Positions 26,433 to 39,322 of a DNA stretch of 64,000 nt are shown one piece after another. Source of the DNA: Mobula hypostoma (taxonomy: Eukaryota). Position numbers and translations under genes: made by a program. The DNA lies in the NCBI RefSeq assembly GCF_963921235.1, contig NC_086097.1, positions 87,980,001-88,044,000 on the forward strand, given 5' to 3'. The notes under the pieces were generated by a model. The model saw only the letters and a list, made by a program, of their open reading frames with translations, was not told the DNA's origin and did no database searches. Within the stretch, counting starts at the first letter, position 1. Each line of letters starts with the position of its first letter.

Positions 26433-29400
26433 AACTGGTGCCCCAATCAGCGTACAGAACACCCTCCAAAAAAGTGACCACGACCCGACACAATGTCCAC
26501 TGGAAATCCATGGATCCTGAAGACCTGGTACAGGACAATTTGGGCTGTCTCTGCCGCAGATGGTAGTTTGTCCTAGGCAATGAGTTTGCAGGCTTTTGAA
26601 AAACGATCTACAATTACTATGATGACGGTCTTTCCCTTGGAAGGCGGAAGACCCGTGACGAAGTCCAAGGAGTTGTATGCCCATGGTCTGTCAGGGACCT
26701 GTAGAGGGTGAAGGAGCCCTTGAGGTTCCTTTTCCGCGCTCACTCCTCACATGCCCGAACATATTGTTGAACCTCTCTTGCTATTCCAGGCCACCAGTGT
26801 CTTCTCTTAATGAACTTGAGGGTCCAGACGGTTCCAGAGCAAGCGATCATTCCTGATGCATGTCCCCATTGAAGTACCCAAGAACTGATGGAACTTGGGA
26901 TCAACAGACGATCAGGAAAACTGTTCTTGGAATCTCCCCTTGCACCTGGGCCTTGAGAACAAGTGAATCGATTCCCCCAATGAATTGGTGCTATCATATT
27001 AGCCTGGGGCAAAATGGTGGTCGGCTGCCCCTCTCTATCAGGTTCGTCAAACTGATGGGAGAAAGCATCCAGTTTCTGATCCTTTGACCCCGGTCAGGAC
27101 GAAATTGAAGCAGTCAAAGAAAAGAGACTACCTGGCCTGCCTGGAATTCAGTCTTTCAAAGCCAGGTTCTTGAGGTCTGTCCGTACAATAAAAGGGTTCT
27201 TGGCCCCCTCAAGCTGGTGATGCCATTCCTTCAACGCCAGCTTGACCCCGAGCAGCTCTCTATTTCTGATGCCATAGTTCACCAGGATAGCTGCCTGGAG
27301 AAGAACGCACATGGGCGCAGTTTATTGTATGAAGGTGTCCGTTGAGACAACACTGCACCCACTCCAACATTCAAGGTGTCCACCTCCACGAAGAAGGGAA
27401 GATCCAGGTTAGGTGAAACCAAAATGGAACCTGTCGTGAACCGCTGTCTGAGCTCTGCAAAAGCAGCCTTCACTTTGGTAGTCCAAACAAGGGCCTGTGG
27501 ATCTCTTCGTTAGTGCTGTCAGCGGAGCTGCCACTGAGCTGAAGTTCCTGATGAACCTTCTGTAAAAGCTGGCAAATCCCAGGAATCGTTGGACGTGGCC
27601 AATCTCTGACTGCCTGTGTATTAGCAGGGTCCATGTTGAGATTGCCATTACAGATGATAAGACCCAAAAATGAAATGATTTCTCCAGCTTGACATAAAGT
27701 TCATGATCTACGATATGTCTGACATGAGCGACATACGCCTCCATGGACTTTGAGAAGATTATTATATCCAAGTAGTTGAAGATGTTCCAATGGAGAGCAT
27801 CCCAGAGCATGTCATTTATAAAGGCCGGGAAAACTTCTGGTGCGTTCGCGAGGCCAAAAAACATGACTAGGTAATCATAGTGCCCTGTCGGTGTGTTGAA
27901 TACTGTCTGCCACTCATCTCCCTCCTTTTTTGCAGACCAGATTGTATGTATTCCACAAGTCTAGCTTTGAGAATACACTTGCCCCTGGTGAATCTTGAAA
28001 GCCGTGTTCATAAGTGGAATGGGGAAATGATTTTTGGCCGTTATGCAATTCAGCACTCTATAATCAATGCATGGCCACAGCCTCTTGTCGTTCTTCTGTA
28101 TGAAGAAAAAGCCTGTGCCAGCTGGAGAGGTGGAGGGCCGAATAAATCCTATGACAAGAGCCTCCTTCATGTATTCCTCCATAGCACTTTTTTCTGGGCC
28201 TGAGTGCATGTATAATTGACCCCACAGAGGGTGAGTACCAGGCAATAGATCTATAGCACAGTCGTAGGTTTGGTGCAGTGGAAGAGTCCGCCCCTTTCCC
28301 TTGCTGAATACCTCTTCCAAATCCTTGCAGGCAGAGAGATTTCAACCGGCTTGGGTGTTGCAACTAACCATGAACCTCCCTTCGAGGCTGACTCCTGAGG
28401 TTCCTTCGGTAGTGGGGGGGCGGCGGGGTGATTCGGCAGACCCCAATGTCTCCTCCATAAGTCCCTGGGAGTCTTTAGTTGAAACAGAGACCAAATCAGA
28501 GTCTAATTCCTCCTCTGTATCCTCAGACATCAGCAATGAGGCACTACAAATAGTCTTTGTGCTCCTGGGACTAGGCTCCTAATGCATGGGTCTCCTAAAC
28601 ACAGGACCTGGCCACTGAATGGCTTAGGCTTGGCTGCTAGAACTCCTGACTGCTTGGGCACCTCCTTGGTCTCCTGAACTAGAGACACCCTCTCTCTAGA
28701 TCCAGCACACCCCCAACTAGACAGAGTCAAGATTCACATGGTCCTGTTGGCTTCTCTGCTCTCTGAGGCAGAACTGGGTCCCCTGAAGGCTCCAGGTTAC
28801 CCAGAACAAAAGTTCTGCCTCCTCATCTGCTGCTGGTCTCGGGAGAGTCTGGGAGTCAGGACACCAAGCCAGAAACATACCCTCTTCCAATGACTGGACC
28901 ATGCAATGATCCCCTCTTCCTTCCCATTCACAGAACAGTTAAGCTGGGACAGTCAAGGGAGCCTGAGGTTCAGGGGTATGTGAGGGAAATCGATGATATA
29001 GAAACAAATGTCCTCCGCATCCTCATCTGCAAACCCGATGTCTGCTGTAGGATCTGCCAGAAACTCAACTCCTGCAGAGGTATGTTGTGCCAATGGGCAG
29101 TCCCCAAGTCCAGGAAATTACTGGCTACCCCAGAGTCCGCAAAGGCATTCACTTCTCGTCAGTTCTTATCCCAGTGTGACACCAGAAACAACAGGGTTAG
29201 GAGTAGTAGCTGTTACCATCACGGTCATCCCAACAATGATGGCTGCAGCTCCACATATTCGGCCCACTGTAATAACAGCAACCTCGACTCCAACGCTGGG
29301 GCCTCTCATCGGCAGAAAGTCTTGTGCAGCCAATTTGCATGGGCTTGAGAGGATCCTGAGCAAGAGATGGGCTAGTCATTGTCTGAAGTCAGAAAATAAA

Positions 29401-31409
29401 ACTACAGAGCTTTGAGGACAGGTTCAGGCTAGCCCTCTTCAACCTCTTGAGGTCGTTCCACTCTCACTCTACCAAGAGGCTATCAAGGCAGATGGACTGG
29501 TTGCTCAGAACCTCTAAGTACTCTCCTGGCTCTCCCAAGGCTGGTTTATCCTTTACTTTGCCTTGAAGTCCATGGTGGGACAGAGTGGCCAAGGCTTCCT
29601 TGTACCAGCCACTCTCCTTGGCCAAAGTCCACAATTCAATAGCGTAGTCAGCTGCTGACCCACTACCCTGAAGCACCATCATCAGATGGTCCAAGGCTCT
29701 GTTTGCTCTGGTGAGATAAAAGAACACCCTCTTCACGGCGTCAACAAATTCCTCTGAATCCAAGCAAATCTCCGACCTCTGCTCCCGATGCGCGTTGGCT
29801 CAGGCCAGGTCTCTCCCAGTCAAGGGAGAGATCATGAACACAACCTTTCCGTGCTCTATAGGGAATTAGGATGGCTGGAGTTCAAATACCAATGGACACT
29901 GAATGAGGAAGCTTCAGCAGGAGTTCGGGTCACCGCCGTGTCTCTCCAGAGCCAGAAGATGGACTGACTCAGTAGAGCCAACAGTCTCACCCAAGCGATT
30001 CTGGCTTCCTCCTTGTGATAGTTGGCCCTTGGTGACCTGGAGGTCATGTTTCTCCAGGCTCTGTGTAGAAATTTTCTCACTGTGGCTGGCCATAGCTGAC
30101 GAAAGGTTCTGATACCCAACTGGGTCCATGTTGGCTGAATTGTACTGTAGTGAGAGATCTAGGCGAGGATGACAAGGACCCAAGTGCTGGTGTATCTGAA
30201 ACTAGAAGAATGAAATGAAGATGGGGTTTTAAACTAGACACTAGACGAAAATCCAAAGTTGAGCTGATGATTGAGAACTGAACCTCAGTTCAGGTGCTCT
30301 TTAAATTTTAAAATCCTGGCGCCAAAGTATGGCAGCAATGATCAGGATGGGCCTAAATGTTTAAAGGGGCCGCACCAGCTATGCATATTCTGGAGAGTTA
30401 GAGCGTCTAAACCCCAGAGACTGGCACAGTCGGGTGTGTGTTGTAACATAGACCTCCCAAGTGCCTTCTCAAGTTCCTTCCTTGGTTACTTTATAGCTTT
30501 CAACACCCTATCTGATCTTTGCTTCCTAAACCTTAATATGCATTCTCCATCCTCTTGATTCATTTCTCTTGTCAACTATGTTTCCTTCATGCTACCATCT
30601 TATTTCCTGTCTCAGTGAGTCAAACCTATCCACAACCCCATGCAAGTGACCAGAAGAACATTGCTCCCTCTCGTGTTCAAGTGTAACCTATCCCTTTTGT
30701 ACAGGCCACACCTTCCCCAGATGAGGTCCCAGTGATCTACAAATGTGAAACCCTGCCCCCTGCACCAACTCTTCAGCCACACATTCACCTGCCTTATCAT
30801 CCTATTCTTGCCCTCACTGACGTGTAGCAGAGGCAGCAATCCAGAGATTACTAACCCCGAGTTCCTGCTTTTTAGCTTCCTGCCTGACTTCTGATAGTTG
30901 CCCTTCCGGACCACATCCCTTTTCCAGCCATGGCATTGGTATCGATATGTACCATAGCTTCTGCTCTCCCCTTAAGAATGCTGAGGACCTGTCTTGGCCT
31001 GTCCCTGACCCTGCCACCTGGGAGGCAACAGATCATCTGGGACTCTCTTTCATATCCACAATATTTCCTGTCTGTACCCCTAAAGGTTACATCCTTTATC
31101 ATCACCACTCTTCTCCTCTTCCCCCTTCCTTTCTGAGCCACTGAGCCAGACACTATGCCAGAGACCTGGCCACTGTGGATCTCTCTAGTAGGTCATTCCT
31201 CCCTTCCCCACCCCTCCCCAAAGCGGTTATTGAGGAAACAACCACAGGGGTTCCCTGCACTGACTGCCTATACCCTGTCCCTCTCATGTCTATTTTGCTT
31301 TGAGAACCAGAGGATTTAATTTGTAATAAAAACAAGGAGTAATGAATATTTTCAGCATCTGACTGAGAAACAGAACGAAAGTTTCTGGGTGATAACTTTT
31401 CATCCAATG

Positions 31410-31515
31410 ACAACACACACAAAACGCTGGAGGAACTTCAGCAGGCCAGGCCAGCCTTGATGGAAAAGTGTAAACAGTCAATGTTTGGAGCCGAGACCCT
31501 TCTTCAGAACTGGTT
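31410..31515 (-). mobile_element. Penelope pLTR fragment with decayed hammerhead
   Basis: ACACACAAAACGCTGGAGGAACT...; minus strand CTGAAGA-AGGGTCTCGGCTC-CAAAC (GAAA mutated). Confidence 0.75.
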
Positions 31516-31829
31516 TTCTTGTGTTTGTGATCCTCCATCACGTGATTGAAACATACTCCAAACCATGGTTTGGGCCTACCTGTCTTATTGGTGGCTTGAC
31601 AACAGATGAACAAAAAGATACTGCCCCAACTGGATCACTGTCATTTCTGCAACAACACTTCGCGTTGGATTTAAATTTATACAGTAGATGTGTAAGATGC
31701 AGAATATTTTTGCCATGATTAATACATTTGCTTTTTAAAAAAAGGATTATAGTTACAATAATGAATGAATGTAGTCACAGTGAATGAATATTTCAAGTTG
31801 ATGAATCTCACAACTCCAATACAAACTGG

Positions 31830-32960
31830 AAAGGCTGCTTATGTGAAATTATTCAATGTAATGCGAAGTCCAAAGGGCCATAACTTGCTCGGTCAGCACA
31901 TGAGATGTTACCATTTGAGTATTGCTGGAGTAGTGTAAGAGATCAAATACAAATAGGTCATAATGGCAGATAGATGGAGAATTAAAGTGATGGGGAACAA
32001 GAAACTCAGGACCACCCTTGCGGAATAAACGGTGGTGATCTGCAAGATTCAAGATTCAAGAATTAAGTTTCTCATGTGTACATTGAAACATACAGTGAAT
32101 GCATCATTTTCATTAACAGACAACATACTCTGCAAGTGTTGCCACACATTCTGGCTCCAATATAGCATGCCCACAATGCTCGGCAGAATAACATAGAACA
32201 AGCTCTGTTCTCCCCTCCCACACAAGCACATACACAGTCTTTTAACCCTGATCCATAACTCCCCTCTCTGTCCCAAAACCCATCCTTACAAATATCAAAA
32301 AAGTTAAAAAAACAGCAACAGTATATCTAAGCTGCAACTCAACAGGCACTTAACCACACATTGCTCTGCGACGACACCGGTGCCAAGCTGTATCGGCCCT
32401 AGTGCCCTTCCCTTGGACAACATCGGTGGCGTGGAGAGGGGAGACTTGTAGCATGGGCAACTGCTGGTCTTCCATAAAACCTTGCCCAGGCCTGCACCCT
32501 GGAAACCTTCCAAGGTGCAAATCCATGGTCTCACGAGACTAACAGATGCCTATTAACTCAACAGAGGTTGCAGCTTGGTGCTATCATGAAGCAGTCACTC
32601 AATCCACATTTGGTTGCTGCAAGGTCATTGCTGTGATTGGGGAACATGGTAGAGTAAATTGGAAAAGGTACAAGTCATTGTTACTTTGCCTGAAATGAGC
32701 GTTGGATCTCCAGATGGTGGAAGGGAGGAAGTAAAAGATCAGATGTTGCAGTTAAATTATTAAGGTGCTGTGAAGTGGGGGTGGAGGAGACAGAGGACTG
32801 AGCCACTTGAAGGTATTTTTCTATCAATATTTCATCATCAGACAAGATGTGCAAAACCAGGGCAAAGTTCGAAGCAGGTTTCAGTCCTATCAGAGTTATG
32901 GGGCAAACTGAATTAAGTGCGGGTCCACTTAAATTCTTGTCTAACTTAAATAAACCCATT
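31830..32960 (-). mobile_element. Decayed Penelope-like element (GIY-YIG region) with nested insertions
   Basis: LADH.....K..PE..V..HFNSPS.CH.DL.V..LLH pattern (ORF 31849-32052) and upstream remnants. Confidence 0.6.
32346..32554 (+). mobile_element. 5'-truncated SINE-like retroposon
   Basis: 10-bp TSD AACTCAACAG (32336-32345 / 32555-32564); GCACTTAACC SINE core-like motif; 3' stem-loops; tail shared with 45494-46047. Confidence 0.8.
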
Positions 32961-32969
32961 TTATACTTT

Positions 32970-33200
32970 AATACACACAAAATGCTGGAGAAACTCAACA
33001 GGTCAGGCAGCATCCATGGAACAGTCAACATTTCGGGCTGAGACCCTCATTCAGACCTGGAAAGGAAGAGGGAAGAAGCCAGAATAAAAAGGGTAAGACA
33101 GGGGAAGGAAGACAAACTAGAAGGTGATAGGTGAATCCAGGTGGATGGGGAAGGTAAAGGCTGGAGAGAAAGGAATCTGATAGGAGAGGACAATATGAGG
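32970..33200 (-). mobile_element. Penelope pLTR fragment
   Basis: ACACACAAAATGCTGGAGAAACTCAACAGGTCAGGCAGCATC family signature. Confidence 0.78.
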
Positions 33201-35341
33201 TGTTGCTTCTTCACTTTTAGATAGAAGCATTCTATATCTTGTTGCCTTGCACCTGTGGAAAACCAGCTACCATCTTTCCTCAGCAGTTGTTCTTCAGCGG
33301 GGACAGTGGAGGGAGGGGTTTTTGCAGCATTTGCTCCCTGTGATAGGCAGGGCAGAGGTGGGGCAGATCACCTGAACAGGTCTCAGCAGGCGGCTCACTC
33401 TGCAGGATGGGTTATCTTCACAGCTGCGGCTCCTGGTAAGTTAACCCCCGGACACTCTCGCCCTCCCAAATATGAAGGGCCAGTGGTGCTGCTGGCCCCC
33501 ACCAAAAAATTGCAGGAGAGGCCTAATGTTGAGGAATTTGTAATTTTCACAAAATCATACCCATTACTATTTTTAATGTCTTTGAACATGAAGCCACCCC
33601 ACAAGAAAATTCTGGAGGTATTTAGCAGGTGTGTGGGGGTTCCAGGTCAAATGGTCCTTCATTAGAACTCTCATGCTTTCTGTTCTCCTGAACATTTCCA
33701 GCATTTTTTTATGAGTTTTATTTCAAATTTCCAGTACCTGCAGATTTTTCTTTGCTTACTTTTTGACCTAGTTTGATTGACCTCCTTGTTCTTGGAGGAT
33801 ACTTGGTGCATACACCCAAGGTAATTAGCCAGACCAGGTCAGTATGTTCAGACAGAGTGCCTGGTGTACTAAAGTGTCATTTAGGGAAAATGATGAAAGA
33901 AAGCTTTCAGTTTTAAAAGATCCTGTTCTGCATCAATGAAAAACACTGTATTGTATGTCTGGATATTTCTTCCTAGCAATAAAGTGTTCCCAAGTTAGCA
34001 AGGGATGCATTGACTCTGAGGGTTCGAGAGAAGCAATTTCAGGCAGCTGTTTCCTACACACAGTGCAAATGACTGATGACTTTGAATTAATTCTTCTGGT
34101 TGGATCACATGTTTCTGCAGGCAGCAAGCCTGTTACACTAGGTATTTCCAGGTGGTCTCCCACATAAGTACAGACCAATCCTGAGAAAGCTTGGATCATC
34201 ATCTTAGCTTATTAAATGGCAGACCAGGTTTGAGGGGTCCAGTGGCCATCGTTGCTCTTAATTTGTATGTTCATATGCCTAGCTGGGTGCACACAGGGAT
34301 CATGACAAAAACTCGGTTTCTTTACTTTCTAGTCACCGCGTGTTCAGGATAAAGTCACCCAACCTGCTGTAAATGTGGTTTGTGGTTGTCTATGCCAATA
34401 GGATCAGGTCTCAAACAATCTCCAAGCTCACCTATAGTATATCTGGCACCAGCTGCCACGAGGAAGGAAGATATCTGGTCACTTGCTGTAGGAAAGCAAT
34501 TTTGTGGCTCATTACAGAGAAAATAGCATTGTTTTGGATTTTGCACTCAATTGAACTATGACAACGGCCTAATTTTATTGTAAAAGTATGTTGCTGCATT
34601 TCTCCTTTTAAGAACGACTGAGAGTTTCCTTTTTAAGGCTGTGTGTGTAGTTCCTGGTATCTTGAGTGTGGTGATAAAGAAAGCAGATGTTGTTTATATT
34701 ATGCTCTGCAGAGAGTCTGTATAATTAATCACAGTTACAAGGGCGAAAGCAGTCAGAGTTTGCACTGATATGGAGACACCATGTGTCTCAATCAGTGGGT
34801 GGACTTGAATCCATTAAGAAGCCGTCCATTTCACCTTGTGCAGTTTGCGACTCAGACTCTAAGGCTGTCAGTGAGAAGCTACAGTAGAGATAGTTAGCCT
34901 TCTTGTAGTGGTCCCATGCGATCAGATGGAAACAATGTTGCTGGACAATCCTGTGGGACCCAGAGCTTCTGAGTGTTTAAAAAGTTTATTGGCATTTCAC
35001 CAGAGCCTATTAAGGTTACCCAAACATGGTTTGAGTGATGTATTCTGATATTCAGAGGGATCAGAAATGTAGAAGAGGTCATCACTTGAGATTTCCAGTT
35101 TGAGTCAGTAGCTACAGGGGTATTACTTTATATCAACACATTCAATATAACCATAGGTTTCAGTTCATGAGTTTTACGCTATTTTATGTAGAAGTTGCCT
35201 TTTGTATTCAACAGGATAAGAGAACATAGAGAGTCATCCCAAAATACAAGACAAATCGCCAGATTCGGATCATGGCAGGCTCCCATCTGATGATTTCTGA
35301 ATTTGATGGTGTGCCCCTTAACTGTGGCTCCACGTCCTAGG

Positions 35342-35556
35342 CAACAAACACAGAATGCTGGAGGGACTCAGCAGGTCAGGCAGCATCCATGGAAAGAGTA
35401 AACAGTCGATGTTTCAGGCCGAGCTTTTTCTTCAGAACTGAGAAGGAAGCAGGGAGATGCCTGAATAAAAAGGTGGGGAGAAGGGGAAAGAGGCTAGCTG
35501 GAAGGTAATGGGTGAAGCCAGTTGGCTGGAAGAGATCAAGGGCTGGAGAAGAAATC
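35342..35556 (-). mobile_element. Penelope pLTR fragment with hammerhead remnant
   Basis: Same family; minus strand CTGAAGA...GAAAC-ATC-GACTG. Confidence 0.78.
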
Positions 35557-36259
35557 ATATCCACAACTGCTCAATACCAGACTATTGACATTTCAGCTGC
35601 TCAACAACAGGTTAAGCTGACTAAGAATTGAATCCTAGTAAGTGAACAGAGCAGGGACACTGACAGACAACATGTTGTACGTACGTTGGAAGCTATCATA
35701 CAATGATTTAGTTACACATCTTATTTGAAATGTTTACTGCTCGGAATATCATATGGCCAATCTGAAGAAGACATAGAGCAATTTATGCACTTGAGGAATA
35801 ACCCAGTAGATTACAGTGAACACCAGCCGCAACAGTTTCAGTTTTGAAGAATTTTAAGTGGAAATTTAAGTGCCATCTTGAGACAAAAAAGATATTGAAT
35901 GTTGTGAGAGACAAGAATGGAAATCAGTGGTGTGGGAAATGTTATTAGATAGAATGAAAGGCTGTCTACCTCAATTACTAGCTCTTCCTTTTCACAGTTA
36001 CTGCCTAACCTGCTGAATATTCTCAATGATTTTCCACATCTGCAATTTTTAAGCTGTTTTTGGATATATGTTAACTTTAATTCTAGATACATAGGATTTC
36101 TTCTGTTAAGTAATCAATGGATTGCGTAGCATATTCCTGCTACTATTTCTAATGCTTGCAAATGTCCACCCTGACACTATGGGTTAGGGTAGGTTTAGTG
36201 TTAATCAGCTTGTGGTCATTGTGAAGGGCCTTTTTCTATGCTGTATCTCTCTACATCTA

Positions 36260-39200
36260 CAGTGGCATGCAAAAGTTTGGGCATCCCTGGTCAAAATTTT
36301 TGTTACTGTGAATAGCTAAGCAAGTAAAAGATGAACTGATTTCCAAAAGGTATAAAATAAAGATGACACATTTCTTTAATATTTTAAACAAGATTACTTT
36401 TTTATTTCCATCTTTTACAGTTTCAAAACAACAAAAAAGAAAAAGGGATCGAAGCAAAAGTTTGCATGGTCAGTACTTAGTAACACCCCCTTTGGCAAGT
36501 ATCACAGCTTGTAATCGCTTTCTGTAGCCAGCAAAGAGTCTTTCAATTCTTGTTTAGGGGATTTTCGCCCATTCTTCCTTGCAAAAGGCTTCTAGTTCTG
36601 TGAGATTCTTCGGCCGTCTTGCAAGCGCTGCTCATTTGAGGTCTAGTCACAGATTTTCAATGATGTTTAGGTCGACAGACTTTGAGGGCCATGGCAAAAC
36701 CTTTAGCTTGCGCCTCTTGAGGTAGTCCATTGTGGATTTTGAGAGGTGTTTAGGATCATCATCCTGTTGTAGTAGCCATCCTCTTTTCATCTTCAGCTTT
36801 TTTACAAATGGTGTGATGTTTCCTTCCAGAAATTGCTGGTATTTAATTGAATTCATTCTTCCAGCTAGCAGTGAGATGTTCCCCATGCCACTGGCTGCAA
36901 CACAAACGCAAAGCATGATCAATCCACCCCTGTGCTTAACAGTTGGAGAGGTGTTCTTTTCATGAAATTCTGCACCCTTTTTTCTCCAAGCATACCTTTG
37001 CTCACTGCAGACAAAAAGTTCTAATTTAACTTCATCAGTCCACAGGACTTGTTTCCAAAGTGCATCAGGCTTCTTTAGATGTTCCTTTGCAAAGTTCTGA
37101 TGCTGAATTTTGTAGTGAGGATGCAGGAAAGGTTTTCTTCTGATGACTCTTCCATGAAGGTCATGCAGGTGTCCCCTGCTTTTCGATCATTCGCTTTACG
37201 AAACCTCACTGTTACGAAAGACCTACATTAGTTCCCTGTTTTCGCTAACAGAAGGTGTTTTCACTGTTACGAAAAAAGCAGCGCGCGATAAAAGGCAGCG
37301 CGTGCCCCGAGCAGCAGCTGTCCCCCGGATTCAGAACTGCATTCTCGCCGGCATTGCTTAAACACAAGCCTGTGAGCAGCCATTAGCAAGATGAGTTCTA
37401 AGGTATCGGAAAAGCCTAAAAGAGCTCGTAAGGGTGTTACACTTAACGTAAAACTAGACATAATTAAGTATTTTGATCGTGGTGAACGAAGTAAGGACTA
37501 AGTGATTTTGGCTTGTGGAAGCTGACGAAGATGATATTGAAGAGGTTTTGGCATCCCATGACCAAGAACTGATAGATGAAGAGCTGATGCAATTGGAAGA
37601 GGAAAGGATAACAATCGAAACCGAATGAGTAATGATAAAGTACGAGTTTAATTATGAAAGGGTACGTAGGTTTAGGGCATATTTTCAGGATGGTTTGAGT
37701 GTTTACAAAGAATTGTATGATAGAAAAATGCGCGAGGCTAAGCAGTCAAGCAAGCCTTCCACATCAGCCACAGCAGACGACGAACTTCGACCTTCGACAT
37801 CGAGGCGGGCAGTCATAGGAGAAGATGAGCTGCCTGCTCTAATGGAAACAGATGATGAGATGACACCCCATTGTCCCATCACCCCAACCCCCAGGCCGCA
37901 GACAGATACCAATTCACAGAGAATGCAGCAGTAGCCAGGAGGCACACAGCACATCTTTAAGAAAACAGCCAAAATAAACATGCTAATTAATTACGTGCCG
38001 GGCGGCACCTAGTTAATTAGCATGTTTATTTCGGCTTTTTTCTTAAAGATGTGCTGTGTGCCTCCCGGCTACTGTTGTACCACTGCATGCTTCGCGGATC
38101 GGTATCGGTTCGCTGCCCGAAGGGTGGGGGCCACTGTACCACCCAAACTCTGACAACTCAGCCTAACACACCATCATCAGTGTGCTTGGCACTGTCCCAA
38201 TTCCAGTAAGTGATACTACACTGTACATACATTATTTCTACTTTATATCGGCTGTGTATTTTTACGTGTTATTTGGTATGATTTGGCAGCTTCATAGCTT
38301 AAAGGTTACTGGAGAACGCTTGCCGATAGTGCTTGTGTGAGATTTTCGCTACGGAGAACAGTTCAGGCATTGATTGTGGACAAGTATTTCTACTTTATAT
38401 AAACTGTGTATTTATCATATCATTCCTGCTTTTACTATATGTTACTGTAATTTAGGTTTTATGTGTTATTTGGCATGATTTGGTAGGTTATTTTTGGGTC
38501 TGTGAACGCTCACAAAATTTTCCCATATAAATAAATGGTAATTGCTTCTTTGCTTTACGACATTCCGGCTTACAAACTGTTTCATAGGAATGCTCCACCT
38601 TCGGATGACGGGGGAAACCTGTATTTGTGCAGGTGTCGCTGCACAGTAGAACAGTGCACCACCACTCCAGAGTCTGCAAAATCTTCCTGAAGGTCCTTTG
38701 CAGTCAAACGGGGGTTTTGATTTGCCTTTCTAGCAATCCTATGAGCAGTTCTCTTGGAAAGTCTTCTTGGTCTCCCAGACCTCAACTTGACCTCCACCAT
38801 TCCTGTTAACTGCTATTTATAAATTTCATTATGAACTGAGGAAAAGCCTACCTGAAAACACTTTGCTATCTTCTTATAGCCTTCTCCTGCTTTGTGGGCA
38901 TCATTTATTTTAGTTTTCAGAGTGCTAGGCAGCTGCTTAGAGGAGCCCATGGCTGCTGATTTTTGGGACAAGGTTTGAGGAGTCAGGGTATTTATAAAGC
39001 CTGGAAATTTGCATCACCTGGCCTTTCCCAACGATGACTGTGAACAAGCCATAGCCCTAACAAGCTAATTAAGGTCTGAGACCTTGGTAAAAGTTATCTG
39101 AGAGCTGAAATCTCTTGGGGTGCCCAAACTTCTGCATGAAGCTTTTTTTCACTCTAAAATTGTACAAAACAAAAATGATACACTAATCTTGCTTAAAATG

Positions 39201-39322
39201 TTGAAAAGAATGTTTCATCTTTAACTTTATGACTTTTGGTGATACGTTCATCTTCTACTCACTTAACTATTCACAGTAACAAAAATTTTGACCAGGGGTG
39301 CCCAAACTTTTGCATGCCACTG
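36260..39322 (-). mobile_element. Full-length Tc1 (DD34E) transposon with ~200-bp TIRs, inactivated
   Basis: TA|CAGTGGCATGCAAAAGTTTGGGCA...TGCCCAAACTTTTGCATGCCACTG|TA; transposase from ATG 38950 to stop 36470 (MGSSKQL..GEGYKKIAK, GRPR, WTDE, QDDDPKH, DLNIIENL) with premature stops. Confidence 0.95.
37166..38621 (+). mobile_element. Internally deleted Tigger/pogo element inserted in Tc1
   Basis: CAGGTGTCCCC...GGGGAAACCTG termini at a TA site (left copy TG); N-terminal KRARKGVTLNVKLDIIK HTH fused to C-terminal EEVLASHDQEL..EELMQL segment. Confidence 0.88.

Larger units (their letters stand above)
23746..30448 (-). mobile_element. Chromodomain Ty3/Gypsy (Sushi-like) LTR retrotransposon, decayed
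   Basis: 5' LTR 30146-30448 (TGTTAC...CA); gag MDP start 30129; protease [31 protein letters not shown]; RNase H EVD...GAVLSQ; integrase VVDRFSK; chromodomain VDW...EEWCWVP; PPT 23800-23810; 3' LTR remnant 23746-23796. Confidence 0.93.
22080..31270 (-). mobile_element. Long CR1 LINE (ORF2 remnants plus ORF1 SGNH esterase), host of nested LTR elements
   Basis: ORF2 motifs at 22.4-23.7 kb; CR1 resumes at 30449; ORF1 CCLPG.RV.D, VISGLLP, WCRGQGF.FVDHW, YKRD.LHLN at 30.6-31.15 kb. Confidence 0.85.

Noticed and set aside
33255..33665. 136-aa ORF
   Set aside because: Non-ATG start, no recognisable domain, no splice support
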